A stretch of DNA of 60,397 nucleotides from Candidatus Hydrothermarchaeota archaeon (GTDB taxonomy: Archaea > Hydrothermarchaeota > Hydrothermarchaeia > Hydrothermarchaeales > BMS3B): NCBI GenBank assembly GCA_964501105.1, contig CAZCRG010000001.1, forward strand, positions 1-60,397, in the 5' to 3' direction. This document shows positions 1 to 9,625 of the stretch, one piece after another; the first letter of the stretch is position 1, and every line of letters begins with the position of its first letter. The notes under the pieces were generated by a model. The model was not told the DNA's origin, did not search any database, and was given only the letters and a program-made list of their open reading frames with translations. The translations under genes were made by a program, and so were the position numbers.

Positions 1-232
1 AGAGAACGCAAAATAAACTATATAAAAAGTTATACTACCTTATAGGATTGTCTTCTTTTATGATGATAATTGGAATCTGGATAATCACACTACTATAAGA
101 GATCTGGATGCTAATAAAAGGATGAAAAAATGGAATAACTTCCTGAGGTTGCATAGCATGTATCTTAGCTGCTGGAGGTACCTTGGCTGGTGTTTGCTTG
201 CCATGTTGCTGCGAATTAACAGGGGATGAGAC

Positions 233-601
233 ATGCTGCAATCCACCATAAATGGCAACCACCATTCTCAAAGAAGGATTGGCAATAAAGGTTTTCTTAT
301 AACCTTTGTTGCCTCTTTTATTTTTATTGTATTAGGTGCAAGATATTATATTACCGGGTATTCTAACGGATTAATTACCATGTTTTTTGGCTTAGCTATT
401 CTTTTACGTGCTGCTGATATGTATAGTGGTGAAAAGTTCCCAATACTCTCGGTTTTGGCTGGCATCAATGCCGCTATTGGTCTCTATTTCCAAGATATAT
501 ACTCGCATAGATTCTTATTTTTTTATAGTTTTGTAATTATTGTACTGATTTTTATGTCGATATGGTATTTTTATTCTAAATACGTCAAGAATATTGGGTG
601 A
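233..601 (+). CDS. Small multi-pass membrane protein, hypothetical
   Basis: 122-aa ORF with about 4 hydrophobic helices. No recognisable family motif. Confidence 0.45.
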   Translation: MLQSTINGNHHSQRRIGNKGFLITFVASFIFIVLGARYYITGYSNGLITMFFGLAILLRAADMYSGEKFPILSVLAGINAAIGLYFQDIYSHRFLFFYSFVIIVLIFMSIWYFYSKYVKNIG

Positions 602-606
602 TTTAA

Positions 607-1032
607 ATGGCAAATCTCAAAAACAACAAACTCAAAGACAACAAAAAAGATTTTAGATATATTTTACTTAAACGCAGAAAAATAATATTTATAGGGTCGG
701 CTGCTACATTGATATTATCTTTCATATTTTTGACGCAAATTTTTGGGAAAAATTACTTAGAATCTGTAATCTGGGCTCTGCTATATTCAGTCGGTGCCAT
801 TGGTGTGTATTACTTTATAATTAACCCTTCAAGAGTATCGAGGATCTGGTTCAAGACAGTTTTTACGATTGCCATGGGGTCAATAGGTTTTATGCTGACC
901 CTACTTATGCTGCCAAGGTCTGGTAATCGGACTCATCATGTCTTGATGCTCATCATAAGCTTTATAATATCCGCATATCTTGGAAATTTAATAATAAGAC
1001 GGACGCGTATTAGTCTATTGATTGAAAGCTAA
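607..1032 (+). CDS. Small multi-pass membrane protein, hypothetical
   Basis: 141-aa ORF with a basic N-terminus (KKDFRYILLKRRK) followed by about 4 TM helices. It starts 5 nt after the previous ORF. Confidence 0.45.
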   Translation: MANLKNNKLKDNKKDFRYILLKRRKIIFIGSAATLILSFIFLTQIFGKNYLESVIWALLYSVGAIGVYYFIINPSRVSRIWFKTVFTIAMGSIGFMLTLLMLPRSGNRTHHVLMLIISFIISAYLGNLIIRRTRISLLIES

Positions 1033-1477
1033 AGGTGGAGGCATACTTGGAAGTGTTGGCGCCATGCCTTCGAACGATAAAGCAGCTGCGATAGTAGGAG
1101 GACTAATTGGACTTATATTGTTTTATGCTTGGATATTTTTTACTCAGACCATAATGTTTTCATTTTTTGGCCAAAGAGAAATCGTTCGTGGTGTAGAAAT
1201 TGTAAAAGTTCAAGCTCCAGTCCAAATTTTTAGTTGGTTGATGATAGGTCTTCTTCCTTTTTTCATTACTGGTGGTCATTTTTTAATATGTACTGAGAAA
1301 AAAGCAAAGAGTTATGATACCAAAATGATGAAAAGTTCATTTTTAGGTTTTGCTATTTGGTTAATTGTCATTACAGGTGCATATTTCTTTAAAATCGGCA
1401 TATCTTACCATGAAAATATTGCCGGAGGGTTTATTACTATATTGATTGTTTGGCCTTTAAGTAAATCAAAATTCTAA
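1022..1477 (+). CDS. Small multi-pass membrane protein, hypothetical
   Basis: 151-aa ORF with a TTG start that overlaps the previous gene. It has about 4 TM helices, and its stop overlaps the start of the UbiA-family gene (TAATG). Confidence 0.4.
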   Translation: MKAKGGGILGSVGAMPSNDKAAAIVGGLIGLILFYAWIFFTQTIMFSFFGQREIVRGVEIVKVQAPVQIFSWLMIGLLPFFITGGHFLICTEKKAKSYDTKMMKSSFLGFAIWLIVITGAYFFKIGISYHENIAGGFITILIVWPLSKSKF

Positions 1478-2508
1478 TGGGGTTGAAATATATGATCGAT
1501 GCACAACGTCGTATATTCAATGAGAAGGATGTTTATTTTTATTTTTCCAAGCTTTATACTCTTTTATGTTTATCTCATATGCTCTTCAAGCTCAATCGAC
1601 CATTCCACGGCACCTGGTTGACTGTGCCTTCGGTACTTGCTGGTGCTTTACAGGCATCCGAAAGCACGCTCGTGAGATCGATTTCTATTCTTTTATTTAC
1701 ACTTTTTGCATGGCTTGCTACGTGTGTTGGCAATTTTATAAACGACTATTATGATGTGGAGATCGACAGAATTTGCAGACCGAAAGCACCACTTGCAACG
1801 GAGACTATTAGCAGGGAAAGAGCATGGAAAATGCTTATGGGCGAATACATTATATCGATTTTCATCCTGCTGGCAGTATCGATAATTGCTCAATCTGCCA
1901 TTGCTTTAGCTCTCGGCACGATTTCACTGATATGCACTTACATATATTCCGCTCCACCTATCAGAATGAAGAAGAGGGGGATACTGGGACCAATTACCAT
2001 CTCCATCGCCTATGTAGCAGTGGTACTCGGAGGATGGGCGATTGTTTCCAGGTTATACATAGAAGCTATAAAGTTTGCTGGCTTTTTCGGCTTGCTGATG
2101 CTTGGCATAGGATTCTCGAAGGATTTCATGCATTTTGAGGCAGATAAAAGATTCTGCAACACCCCGCCTGTGGCTTATGGAGTTAGAGCTACAGCAGTAA
2201 TAGCCTCACTTTCTCTTATTTTTCCTATCATGTTCGTCTCATATTTTGTTAAATTGTCCGGTATTGTTCTCTTATTGTTTAAAATTCCGCTGATATTTGC
2301 ACTTGTCTCAACATTTTTCATGTTTACAAATCCAGAGGCGGAGAATCGCAATATTGTGATGTCAGCGTTTTTGGCTTATATTAATTCAGCATTTATTATA
2401 ATTTTTAGCAAATTTTTTGATTATAACAAAATCTTTGTACTTCTGGCCATTTTTAATAGTCTTTTCATAATAAAGGCTATAATAGATTATTATACCTCTC
2501 AATTTTAA
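1477..2508 (+). CDS. UbiA-superfamily aromatic/isoprenoid prenyltransferase (integral membrane)
   Basis: First Asp-rich motif NFINDYYDVEIDR (NDxxDxxxD) and a second acidic patch KDFMHFEADKR. The protein has 8-9 TM helices and about 60 extra N-terminal residues compared with typical family members. Confidence 0.75.
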   Translation: MGLKYMIDAQRRIFNEKDVYFYFSKLYTLLCLSHMLFKLNRPFHGTWLTVPSVLAGALQASESTLVRSISILLFTLFAWLATCVGNFINDYYDVEIDRICRPKAPLATETISRERAWKMLMGEYIISIFILLAVSIIAQSAIALALGTISLICTYIYSAPPIRMKKRGILGPITISIAYVAVVLGGWAIVSRLYIEAIKFAGFFGLLMLGIGFSKDFMHFEADKRFCNTPPVAYGVRATAVIASLSLIFPIMFVSYFVKLSGIVLLLFKIPLIFALVSTFFMFTNPEAENRNIVMSAFLAYINSAFIIIFSKFFDYNKIFVLLAIFNSLFIIKAIIDYYTSQF

Positions 2509-2566
2509 AAGAAATCTCGTTGCTTCATAACTCATCAAGCAGAATAGCGCGGCATGGCTACATTTA

Positions 2567-3205
2567 TTAAATACTTTTTGCAATCTCAATAAACTTCTTC
2601 AGCTTCTCTGGATCCTTTTTTCCTGGCTTTGACTCTACTCCGGAGGAAACATCCACTGCAAAGGGCTTTACCACTTCTATAGCTTCTTTTACATTCTCTG
2701 GAGTTAAGCCACCTGCAAGAATTACAGGCTTATCCAGAACCTCAACTATCTCTCTAGCCAGCTCCCAGTCATGGGTTTTTCCAGAGCCGCCTCCAGCCTT
2801 GGAAGGAGTGTCGAGGAGTATAGCATCTGCCCAGCGCTGGTGCCTCTTAGCCTCCTTAATACTGCTCTCATCCTCAACATGGATAGTTTTAATAACATTG
2901 CAGGGCACACTGGTTTTGAGCTGGTGGATGAACTTTGGCTCAACATTGTTGTGAATCTGGAGAAACTCGGGGCGAAGGGCAACATAAAGGTCTATGGCTT
3001 CTTTAAGGCTCTCTGGCATTATAACTGCCACACCACCCACCTTGAAGGGAAGCTCGTCGAAGATTTCAGCAGCCTTCTCAGAGCTCAACTTTCTCGGGGT
3101 TTCTACTGGCACCTCTACAATAACTCCAACATAGTCAGCACCAAGTTCTGAAGCCAGCTCTATGTCCTCAATATTTGTGTTTCCACATATCTTAACTCTG
3201 ACCAT
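2567..3205 (-). CDS. trpF: Phosphoribosylanthranilate isomerase
   Basis: MVRVKICGNT, GGSGKTHDW, ILAGGLTPENV and VDVSSGVESKPGKKD are the classic TrpF TIM-barrel motifs. No other trp genes lie nearby. Confidence 0.85.
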   Translation of the reverse strand: MVRVKICGNTNIEDIELASELGADYVGVIVEVPVETPRKLSSEKAAEIFDELPFKVGGVAVIMPESLKEAIDLYVALRPEFLQIHNNVEPKFIHQLKTSVPCNVIKTIHVEDESSIKEAKRHQRWADAILLDTPSKAGGGSGKTHDWELAREIVEVLDKPVILAGGLTPENVKEAIEVVKPFAVDVSSGVESKPGKKDPEKLKKFIEIAKSI

Positions 3206-3218
3206 GAATAAGCCTCTC

Positions 3219-5666
3219 TCAAGGCTGAGAAGTTAGCATAGTAAAAGGGGTTGTAATTTTTCCCATCATCTCCTTTATTAGCCTCCTCACCTCTTCAGCC
3301 TTTCTGCTTCTCCTGAGCTTCATTATCTCCAGAAGTCCTTCTGCCTTTCTTACAATAGTATCAAGATAGTTGAATATATCTCCCGAGAAGGTTTCCATAT
3401 AGTAGGCTGAGAGGCTTCTTGATAACTCTTTTATACTCTTTCCCTGCCTTCTTAGCTGAATTATCTTTCGCGAGAGCTCCTCCTGGGCATGCTGACAGTA
3501 GGGAAATTCTTCACAGGAGCACCTCAGAAACTCTTCCCTTACCAGTTCAACAATATCCATAAACTCTTCCCTGGGCTCCTGAAAGATTATGCCCAGGCCG
3601 TCGAAGTAGCGCAGGGGCACAGCTACTTTATAGCTTCTCTGAATTTTTGAAGCCAGGCTCCTTGAGAGGTAGGCGTTGGTGAAGGGAAACAATTTAGAGA
3701 GAATTCTCTCCGGGCTTTCGCTGCTTGAGTACATGACTTTAGCCTCGTAGGGCTTCAGAAAGTGTCTTGAGGCTATCCTCCCGAGCTGGGTTATTTTCTC
3801 TCCTCTAATCATACCCTGTTCTTCAAGCTTTTTCAGAGCTTTCTCTATGTTCACAGGGAAGAGCATATCCCTGGCAACTCTAACTCCTTCCCTAATGCTT
3901 CCAGCACTGACTATGCAGGCTAAAAGCTGCTCTTCCTCTTCGTCCTCCTCTCCAGGAATATCAATATCCTCAGGCTTACCTGAAAGAAGCTTCACAGCAA
4001 TCTCGTCCTCACTCTCTTTTGAGGAGAAGGAAGTTTTAGCTCCAGGTGTAGCCAGAATTACCACCTTACCCCTATCGTGATAACTTGGCCTTCCAGCCCT
4101 GCCCTGCATCTGAAGAAAATCTCTCACCCCAAGCTCCTTATTTCCCATGGTGAGACTCTCAAAGATCACCTGGGAGGCTGGAAAGTCTATCCCTGCCCCC
4201 AAAGCTGAGGTGGTAACCACACAGTTCAGCTTCTGCTCAATAAAATTATTCTCTATCCTTTTTCTCCTGGAATAACTCAGACCGGCGTGGTATTCACTTG
4301 CTTTAACTCCTCTGCTGGATAGAAATCTTGCTATTGAAGAAGCCTTTCTTCTTGAGTTGGTAAATACAAGGCTCTGGCCATAGAAGCCCTTACTGGATTT
4401 TATGGCAGCTTCTCTCTTCACAAGCTTTAAAATTGCAGAAAGCTTCTCTTCTTCACTTTTTGTGAAAACAAGGTGTCTTTCCAGAGGAATGGGTCTTGAA
4501 TCACTCTTCACAAGCCTGAGGGAGTAATGCTCAGCAATCTCCTCTGGATTTCCAACTGTTGCAGTTAAAGCAATTATTCTCGCCTTTGGGAAGGCATGCC
4601 TCAATCTTGAAAGAAAGCCATCCAGCTCAATTCCCCTTTCCTCCTGGCTCAGAGTGTGAACCTCATCCACTGCCACAACCCCAATCTTTCCAAGGCTTTC
4701 TTTCTTCCCTGACCTTAGAAGGTGGTCTATTCCCTCGTAGGTTCCCACTATTATATCAGAGCCTTCAAGCTTTGAGTCCTCCATCAGAGGCTCATCCTCG
4801 TCAACTATCCTGCTCCTTCCCACCCTTATTGCCACTCTTAGCCCCAGGCTTGAATAAACCTTAAATTCTTCATACTTCTGGTTTGCAAGAGCAACAAGAG
4901 GCACAAGAAAGAGAAATTTCTCCCCCCTTAGGGCAGCTTCAATACCTGCAAGCTCAGCAATTAGAGTTTTCCCTGATGCAGTGGAACTTGCCACAAGAAG
5001 AGAGCTTCCTTCAAGCAGTCCTGCACCTAAAGCCAGCTTTTGAATTGATGTGAGCTCTTCTATATTCCTTTCCTTCAAGATTTCCCTGAATTCTCTATTT
5101 ATTGGCAGTTCCTCTAGCTTTATTCCTTTCTCCACCTCTGCCTTAACTTTATCAAAAAGGGTGTGACTTTCCTCAAGACTCTGACTTTGAAGGAGCTTTG
5201 AAACTCTATCGAAATCTCTGAATCTCTCCAGGAGCTTTGAGAAGTGCTCAAAGCTTGCAGTGGAAAAACCTCTAAATTTAAGCTCTCTCTTCAGTTCTTC
5301 CTCAGCACAGCTTCTGCACACCTTTCTGCCATAGAGAAGATAGAAATTTTTCTTAACAGGTTTTACTCTACCTTTATTTAAGCAGGGTGTGCATAGTTCA
5401 ACACTCTGATAGCTCAGCTTCTCCTTTCTCATTAGAGGCTCCAGAACATGGCTATGCTCCCTGGAAAAAAGAATTTTCTGCTCTTTTAAAAGTTTCAGAA
5501 GTTCTTTTCTGGCCACAGGGGCAGAGAACCTTTTAGAATTGAGACTCCAGAGTTTCCCATCCCTTATACTCACTGTGCCTTCCAGATGAAGCTTCTCAAA
5601 ATTAAGACTGTAGAGCTTCAAAGTTAGAGTTCTTCTACCTCTTGGTATAAAAAGGGCATATCCCAT
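3219..5666 (-). CDS. Ski2-like SF2 RNA/DNA helicase with an N-terminal C4 zinc-finger region (ASH-Ski2-like)
   Basis: Walker A SSTASGKT, motif II DEVH, motif VI QMQGRAGR. The N-terminal region carries CTPC...CRSC, and there is a C-terminal acidic patch plus a Cys-containing tail. Confidence 0.75.
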   Translation of the reverse strand: MGYALFIPRGRRTLTLKLYSLNFEKLHLEGTVSIRDGKLWSLNSKRFSAPVARKELLKLLKEQKILFSREHSHVLEPLMRKEKLSYQSVELCTPCLNKGRVKPVKKNFYLLYGRKVCRSCAEEELKRELKFRGFSTASFEHFSKLLERFRDFDRVSKLLQSQSLEESHTLFDKVKAEVEKGIKLEELPINREFREILKERNIEELTSIQKLALGAGLLEGSSLLVASSTASGKTLIAELAGIEAALRGEKFLFLVPLVALANQKYEEFKVYSSLGLRVAIRVGRSRIVDEDEPLMEDSKLEGSDIIVGTYEGIDHLLRSGKKESLGKIGVVAVDEVHTLSQEERGIELDGFLSRLRHAFPKARIIALTATVGNPEEIAEHYSLRLVKSDSRPIPLERHLVFTKSEEEKLSAILKLVKREAAIKSSKGFYGQSLVFTNSRRKASSIARFLSSRGVKASEYHAGLSYSRRKRIENNFIEQKLNCVVTTSALGAGIDFPASQVIFESLTMGNKELGVRDFLQMQGRAGRPSYHDRGKVVILATPGAKTSFSSKESEDEIAVKLLSGKPEDIDIPGEEDEEEEQLLACIVSAGSIREGVRVARDMLFPVNIEKALKKLEEQGMIRGEKITQLGRIASRHFLKPYEAKVMYSSSESPERILSKLFPFTNAYLSRSLASKIQRSYKVAVPLRYFDGLGIIFQEPREEFMDIVELVREEFLRCSCEEFPYCQHAQEELSRKIIQLRRQGKSIKELSRSLSAYYMETFSGDIFNYLDTIVRKAEGLLEIMKLRRSRKAEEVRRLIKEMMGKITTPFTMLTSQP

Positions 5667-5667
5667 C

Positions 5668-6501
5668 CTATCTCAGTTCTTTAATGGTTGCGCTCTTTTC
5701 GTCTATAACCTCAAAGTTGAAAAGGGGTTCCTTAGCCCTGCAGGAGGCGGAGATTTTAGCATTATCAGGTAGAAATGAGAATTTTTTGCCGCTCCTTTCG
5801 AGGATCTCCCTAACCACATCTCTTGCACTCTTTGGTGCTTCACAGGCTTTATAGAGAACTTCAGCCTCCTCCTCTTCTGTAAGATAGCTGTAGGTTTTTG
5901 CACTCAGAGAAGATTCAAGAATATCAAGGATATCCTCAATTTTTACCTCCTCTTCTCCAGGGGTTTCTACAGTGAGCCTTGCCTTTGCTCTCTGGGTGCA
6001 CACACTCTTATCTGCTGCATAATGGAGAATTATACCCTCAATTTCTGCACCCACTTCTTTCAGCACTTTAATCTCTTCTTCTCTGAAAGCTCTTGCTCTG
6101 GCAAAAAGTGTAACAAAGTTCTGCTGGGGATTGTTTTTTGGACTTTTGGAATGGACCATGAGTCTGCTTTCCATACTCACCTCGCTGTAGCTGGCATAGT
6201 CGTGGCGCTTTAGCACCTCCACCACAATATCCCTGCACAGATCCTCAATTCTGTAGACTGCAATACCTGAGATGTCATCTATTATCTCATTTATTGCCTC
6301 TATATTTCTTGACATATGGGTGCCCTTCTGGAAGGCAGGTAAGTCAACATAACATTCAAAGTTTGCCAGAAGTACAATATCTCTCTTGCCACCCTCTCTC
6401 TTCACTCTCACCATTTTCCTTACATTATTTACCCCCACTCTCGTAAGAGGTATTTTAATTTCAGGTTCTCTCTGCTGTACATCTGGGAGTATTGGGAGCA
6501 T
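5668..6501 (-). CDS. mptA: GTP cyclohydrolase MptA/FolE2 type (GCYH-IB family)
   Basis: The N-terminus LPDVQQREPEIKIPLTRVGVNNVRK and QKGTHMSRN match my recollection of the archaeal MptA/FolE2 pattern. Length is 277 aa. Confidence 0.8.
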   Translation of the reverse strand: MLPILPDVQQREPEIKIPLTRVGVNNVRKMVRVKREGGKRDIVLLANFECYVDLPAFQKGTHMSRNIEAINEIIDDISGIAVYRIEDLCRDIVVEVLKRHDYASYSEVSMESRLMVHSKSPKNNPQQNFVTLFARARAFREEEIKVLKEVGAEIEGIILHYAADKSVCTQRAKARLTVETPGEEEVKIEDILDILESSLSAKTYSYLTEEEEAEVLYKACEAPKSARDVVREILERSGKKFSFLPDNAKISASCRAKEPLFNFEVIDEKSATIKELR

Positions 6502-6580
6502 TTTTACACCTTAAATATTTTATATCAGTAAGTAGAATTTTCCCTAGGAATAAAAGCTTAACGTAAGCAAGGTAGATTCT

Positions 6581-7246
6581 ATGAGAGTTCAGGAAGTGAG
6601 GAAACTATTTTTGAGTTTCACTCTTGTTGCCTCAGTAATGTATATTACAGATGGCTTTTCCATTATGGGCATTTACTTTAGCGATATTTTTAGAGTTGAG
6701 GGTTCTTTTCTCAGAGAGTACTCTGGGAAGCTCTATCTTCTCTTCCTCTTCTCTCTATTTCTTGGCATGTCTTTTGGTAGAATATTCTGCGGCTGGATAT
6801 GTCCTATAACTGCAATAATGAATATAACAACAGTCTTTGCCAGAGAAAAACCTAAAATCAGTCTGAAAACAAAGTATGTTTTTCTTGTTTTGACAGCAGT
6901 AGCTCTCTACCTTGACTATAGTGGCTGGCTGTCTTTCTCAAAGGAAGTCCTGAAGGTGGGCTTCGTAGTACTTATTGTAGCTATTGTTGCTTTCTCCTTC
7001 CTTTATTCTCGAGTTTTCTGCACTCACATCTGTCCTGTGGGTGCCTTTTTCAGTCTCCTTGGGCATCTGAGCATTTTCAGGCTTAGAGTTGGAGAGGACT
7101 GCAGGAGATGTGAGAAGTGCAACTCAGTCTGTGAGATGAGTATAGATGTTATGAATTCAAAGCCCATGAATGAATGCTCTCTCTGCTGGAACTGCGTGGA
7201 GGAGTGCCCCTACAAGTCAATTAAGCTCAAGTTTGTTCTTTCCTGA
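6581..7246 (+). CDS. Membrane-bound 4Fe-4S protein (NapH/MauN/YccM-like)
   Basis: Two TM-proximal CxxCP motifs (CGWICPITA, CTHICPVGA) plus two ferredoxin motifs (CRRCEKCNSVCE, CSLCWNCVEECP). Confidence 0.65.
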   Translation: MRVQEVRKLFLSFTLVASVMYITDGFSIMGIYFSDIFRVEGSFLREYSGKLYLLFLFSLFLGMSFGRIFCGWICPITAIMNITTVFAREKPKISLKTKYVFLVLTAVALYLDYSGWLSFSKEVLKVGFVVLIVAIVAFSFLYSRVFCTHICPVGAFFSLLGHLSIFRLRVGEDCRRCEKCNSVCEMSIDVMNSKPMNECSLCWNCVEECPYKSIKLKFVLS

Positions 7247-8336
7247 ATTCCTTCAGGTATATAACAAGTCCCAGGGCTGTAGCGAGGGCTGCGAAGTACA
7301 TTGTTGCCTTGAAATTGTAGGCCTGAGATATTGTTCCTCCAATCAGGGGGCCAAAGGCTATAGCAAGGCTTGTGAAGGAGTTTAATATTCCCACACTTGT
7401 TGCCTTCTCTCTATTGTTTTCAGCCAGATAGCGCAGTGAACCAACGTAGATTAAAGAGTAGGAAGCTGCGAGGGCAATCTGCACGGGGAGGAGTAACAGG
7501 AAATTGGAGACCAGTGTATAGGTTAGGAATACAAGGATACTCAGAGTTAGCCCAGAGGTTACAAGCTTCTCAGCCCTGCCAGAATCCAGCTTATTCATTA
7601 TTAAAAACTGGGAACCTGCATTCATAAGGTATATAACTCCAATCCAACCAGGATTTGCTCCAAGGGTTACAAGGTAAAGGGGGAAGATTATCCATATGGC
7701 GTTGGCTCCCAAATGGCGGAGGAAGTTGGCTATATAGAGGTGAAAGTTTTTTCTCACCACATCTCTCGGGAAAAGAGGTACTTTTACTGCTTTGAATTTA
7801 ATATCTGGAAGATTAAGAGAAATAAAAAAGGCTATAAAAAAGAGCAGAGAGCTGGTGATAAAGACAAGCTTGTAGGCTATTTCTTCATGGAAATAACTCT
7901 TTCCCAGCTGGGCAACTGTGCCAGAGATTAAGCTCCCGAAAGCCCAGCCTAAGGAGCCGTAGGAAGAGAAGTTGCCCAGTTTTCCCCCTGAGTCGTAGGT
8001 ATAGGCGATGAGTGCTGGAAGGAAAGTTCCCATGGCAAATCCTGCCAGAAAGCGGACTGCAAAGAGGCTTAGGGCAGAGTGAGCAAAAATCTGGAGAAGG
8101 TAAAAGAGAGTTGCCAGGGCTAAGCCCAGCGACACTACTCTTTTTCTGCTGCTGTAGTCTGAGACTCTGCCGAAGTGATAGGAGGAGAGGAAAATTGCTA
8201 TGCCGTAGACGAAGCCTATTGTGCCTATGCCCAGGTTGCTTATATTCATTAGCTGAGAATAATTGGGCATAAATATGGCTGAGGCCATAGCTCCAGAAAA
8301 GGCAAGGAATATTATTATGCTCGTTCTTTTAGGCAT
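7227..8336 (-). CDS. MFS transporter
   Basis: 369 aa with about 11-12 TM helices. The loop GRVSDYSSRKR between TM2 and TM3 is typical of the major facilitator superfamily. Confidence 0.7.
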   Translation of the reverse strand: MPKRTSIIIFLAFSGAMASAIFMPNYSQLMNISNLGIGTIGFVYGIAIFLSSYHFGRVSDYSSRKRVVSLGLALATLFYLLQIFAHSALSLFAVRFLAGFAMGTFLPALIAYTYDSGGKLGNFSSYGSLGWAFGSLISGTVAQLGKSYFHEEIAYKLVFITSSLLFFIAFFISLNLPDIKFKAVKVPLFPRDVVRKNFHLYIANFLRHLGANAIWIIFPLYLVTLGANPGWIGVIYLMNAGSQFLIMNKLDSGRAEKLVTSGLTLSILVFLTYTLVSNFLLLLPVQIALAASYSLIYVGSLRYLAENNREKATSVGILNSFTSLAIAFGPLIGGTISQAYNFKATMYFAALATALGLVIYLKEFRKEQT

Positions 8337-8452
8337 TAATCAGGCGTAAGAAAAGTTAACCTTGAGAAACTCTACAGCCTTTGGTTAAAAACAGCAGGCT
8401 TTTACTATAGGGTGGCGATACTAAAATATAAAGAGTGGGCGGGAGATTCCCA

Positions 8453-9625
8453 TTAAAGCTTCTCTCTCAGCTCCACAGCTTCCCTGAAGGCTTCAAGAAC
8501 TTTATCAATCTCCTCCTGGCTTAAGCCATAGACACTTAGCTTGATGTGCTTGCTCAGCCCTTTGTGAAGGCCAACAATATTGCGCTTAATCATGTGCTCA
8601 GCCAGGAAGAAGCCCCTGCGCTTGTGCTTCTTGGAAATTTCCCAGAAAACAGGAGTCTCAAAGTGCAGCAGGTGATGCTTCTTGGGGCGCTCGCCGAGAA
8701 GCATTATGTCGCCTTCGCCAATCTCTTCCAGCCTATCCACAAAGTCGTTAATCTTCTTCAGCTCTTCATCCCAGCGCTTCACCCTCTCCTTAACATAATC
8801 AAAGGTTAGCATTGAGCTTATCACCGGGATGCCACCAATACTACAACCGAAGAGGTTGGGAAGCTTCTTTCCAAAGACTCTGCCTGTCCACTCTGCCTTG
8901 GACTTTGAGGTGGCAAAGATCTTCTTGCTCCACTCGTAGGTTGTAACAACATAGCCCAGAGGTCCCAGGGAGGCCATGGACTTGTGAGCACTGACAGTAA
9001 GAAACTGGGCCCTCATCTTTTTAAGATTCACTGGTGCCACACCAGCAGTGTAAGCAGCATTAACCATGTAAGGTATATCCTTCTCCTCACAGAGCTTTCC
9101 TATCTCTTCCACAGGGGCCAAATTGCCGAAGTAAGGGTCTGCATGGGTAACCACCACAAGGGCAGGCCTACCAACCTCTTCAATTTTCTCCTCAAAGGCT
9201 TCAACAGTAACCCTGTACTCCGGGTAGCCTGTGTGGGGTGGCTCAACAACCTTCAAGCCTGCCATCTCAGCAGCTATATTTGTGGAGTAGTGAGAATTGG
9301 GATCAACAACAATAACAGGCTCGATACCTTCTTCCTTGCAGTAGTCAGCAATTGTCTTCATCACTGCAAACTGGGCACCTCTGCAGCCGAAGGTGTGCTC
9401 TGCCTCATCTCCACCAAAGAATTCAGCCACCTGACCTAAGAAACTTGTAACTGGGGGCTTGGAAACAAGACTGCTCCTGCCCTGAAGGCAGTCGTGGCAT
9501 AGAGAATAGCCTACCTCAAGCCAGCCCTCTTCACATAACTTTGCCTGAACCTCCTCAGGCACAATTCCTCCCCTCATGAGAGGGTTAATAATTATGTGGT
9601 CCTTATATCTGTTAACAAACTTCAC
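8453..9625 (-). CDS. pscS: O-phosphoseryl-tRNA(Cys):Cys-tRNA synthase (SepCysS)
   Basis: INPLMRGG, CxDC near the N-terminus, PLP-lysine region SAHKSMAS, KRWDEE and LSVYGLSQEEIDKVLEAF align along the whole length with my recollection of the M. jannaschii MJ1678 family. The GTG start overlaps the upstream stop (GTGA). Confidence 0.88.
   Translation of the reverse strand: MKFVNRYKDHIIINPLMRGGIVPEEVQAKLCEEGWLEVGYSLCHDCLQGRSSLVSKPPVTSFLGQVAEFFGGDEAEHTFGCRGAQFAVMKTIADYCKEEGIEPVIVVDPNSHYSTNIAAEMAGLKVVEPPHTGYPEYRVTVEAFEEKIEEVGRPALVVVTHADPYFGNLAPVEEIGKLCEEKDIPYMVNAAYTAGVAPVNLKKMRAQFLTVSAHKSMASLGPLGYVVTTYEWSKKIFATSKSKAEWTGRVFGKKLPNLFGCSIGGIPVISSMLTFDYVKERVKRWDEELKKINDFVDRLEEIGEGDIMLLGERPKKHHLLHFETPVFWEISKKHKRRGFFLAEHMIKRNIVGLHKGLSKHIKLSVYGLSQEEIDKVLEAFREAVELREKL

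Larger units (their letters stand above)
1..2560. other. AT-rich segment with atypical codon usage, possibly the edge of an acquired island
   Basis: Hand count of line 301-360 gives 18 G+C of 60, against 29 of 60 for line 9001-9060. Arg is encoded by CGT/CGG/CGA here (around 1000-1012 and 1504-1512), whereas the rest of the window uses almost only AGA/AGG. The change in character falls at the convergent junction with trpF. Confidence 0.45.

Noticed and set aside
35-271. 78-aa minus-strand ORF at the left edge
   Set aside because: It is a low-complexity, Ile-rich product in AT-rich DNA. It overlaps the start of the plus-strand membrane-protein gene and has no motif or ribosome-binding site.
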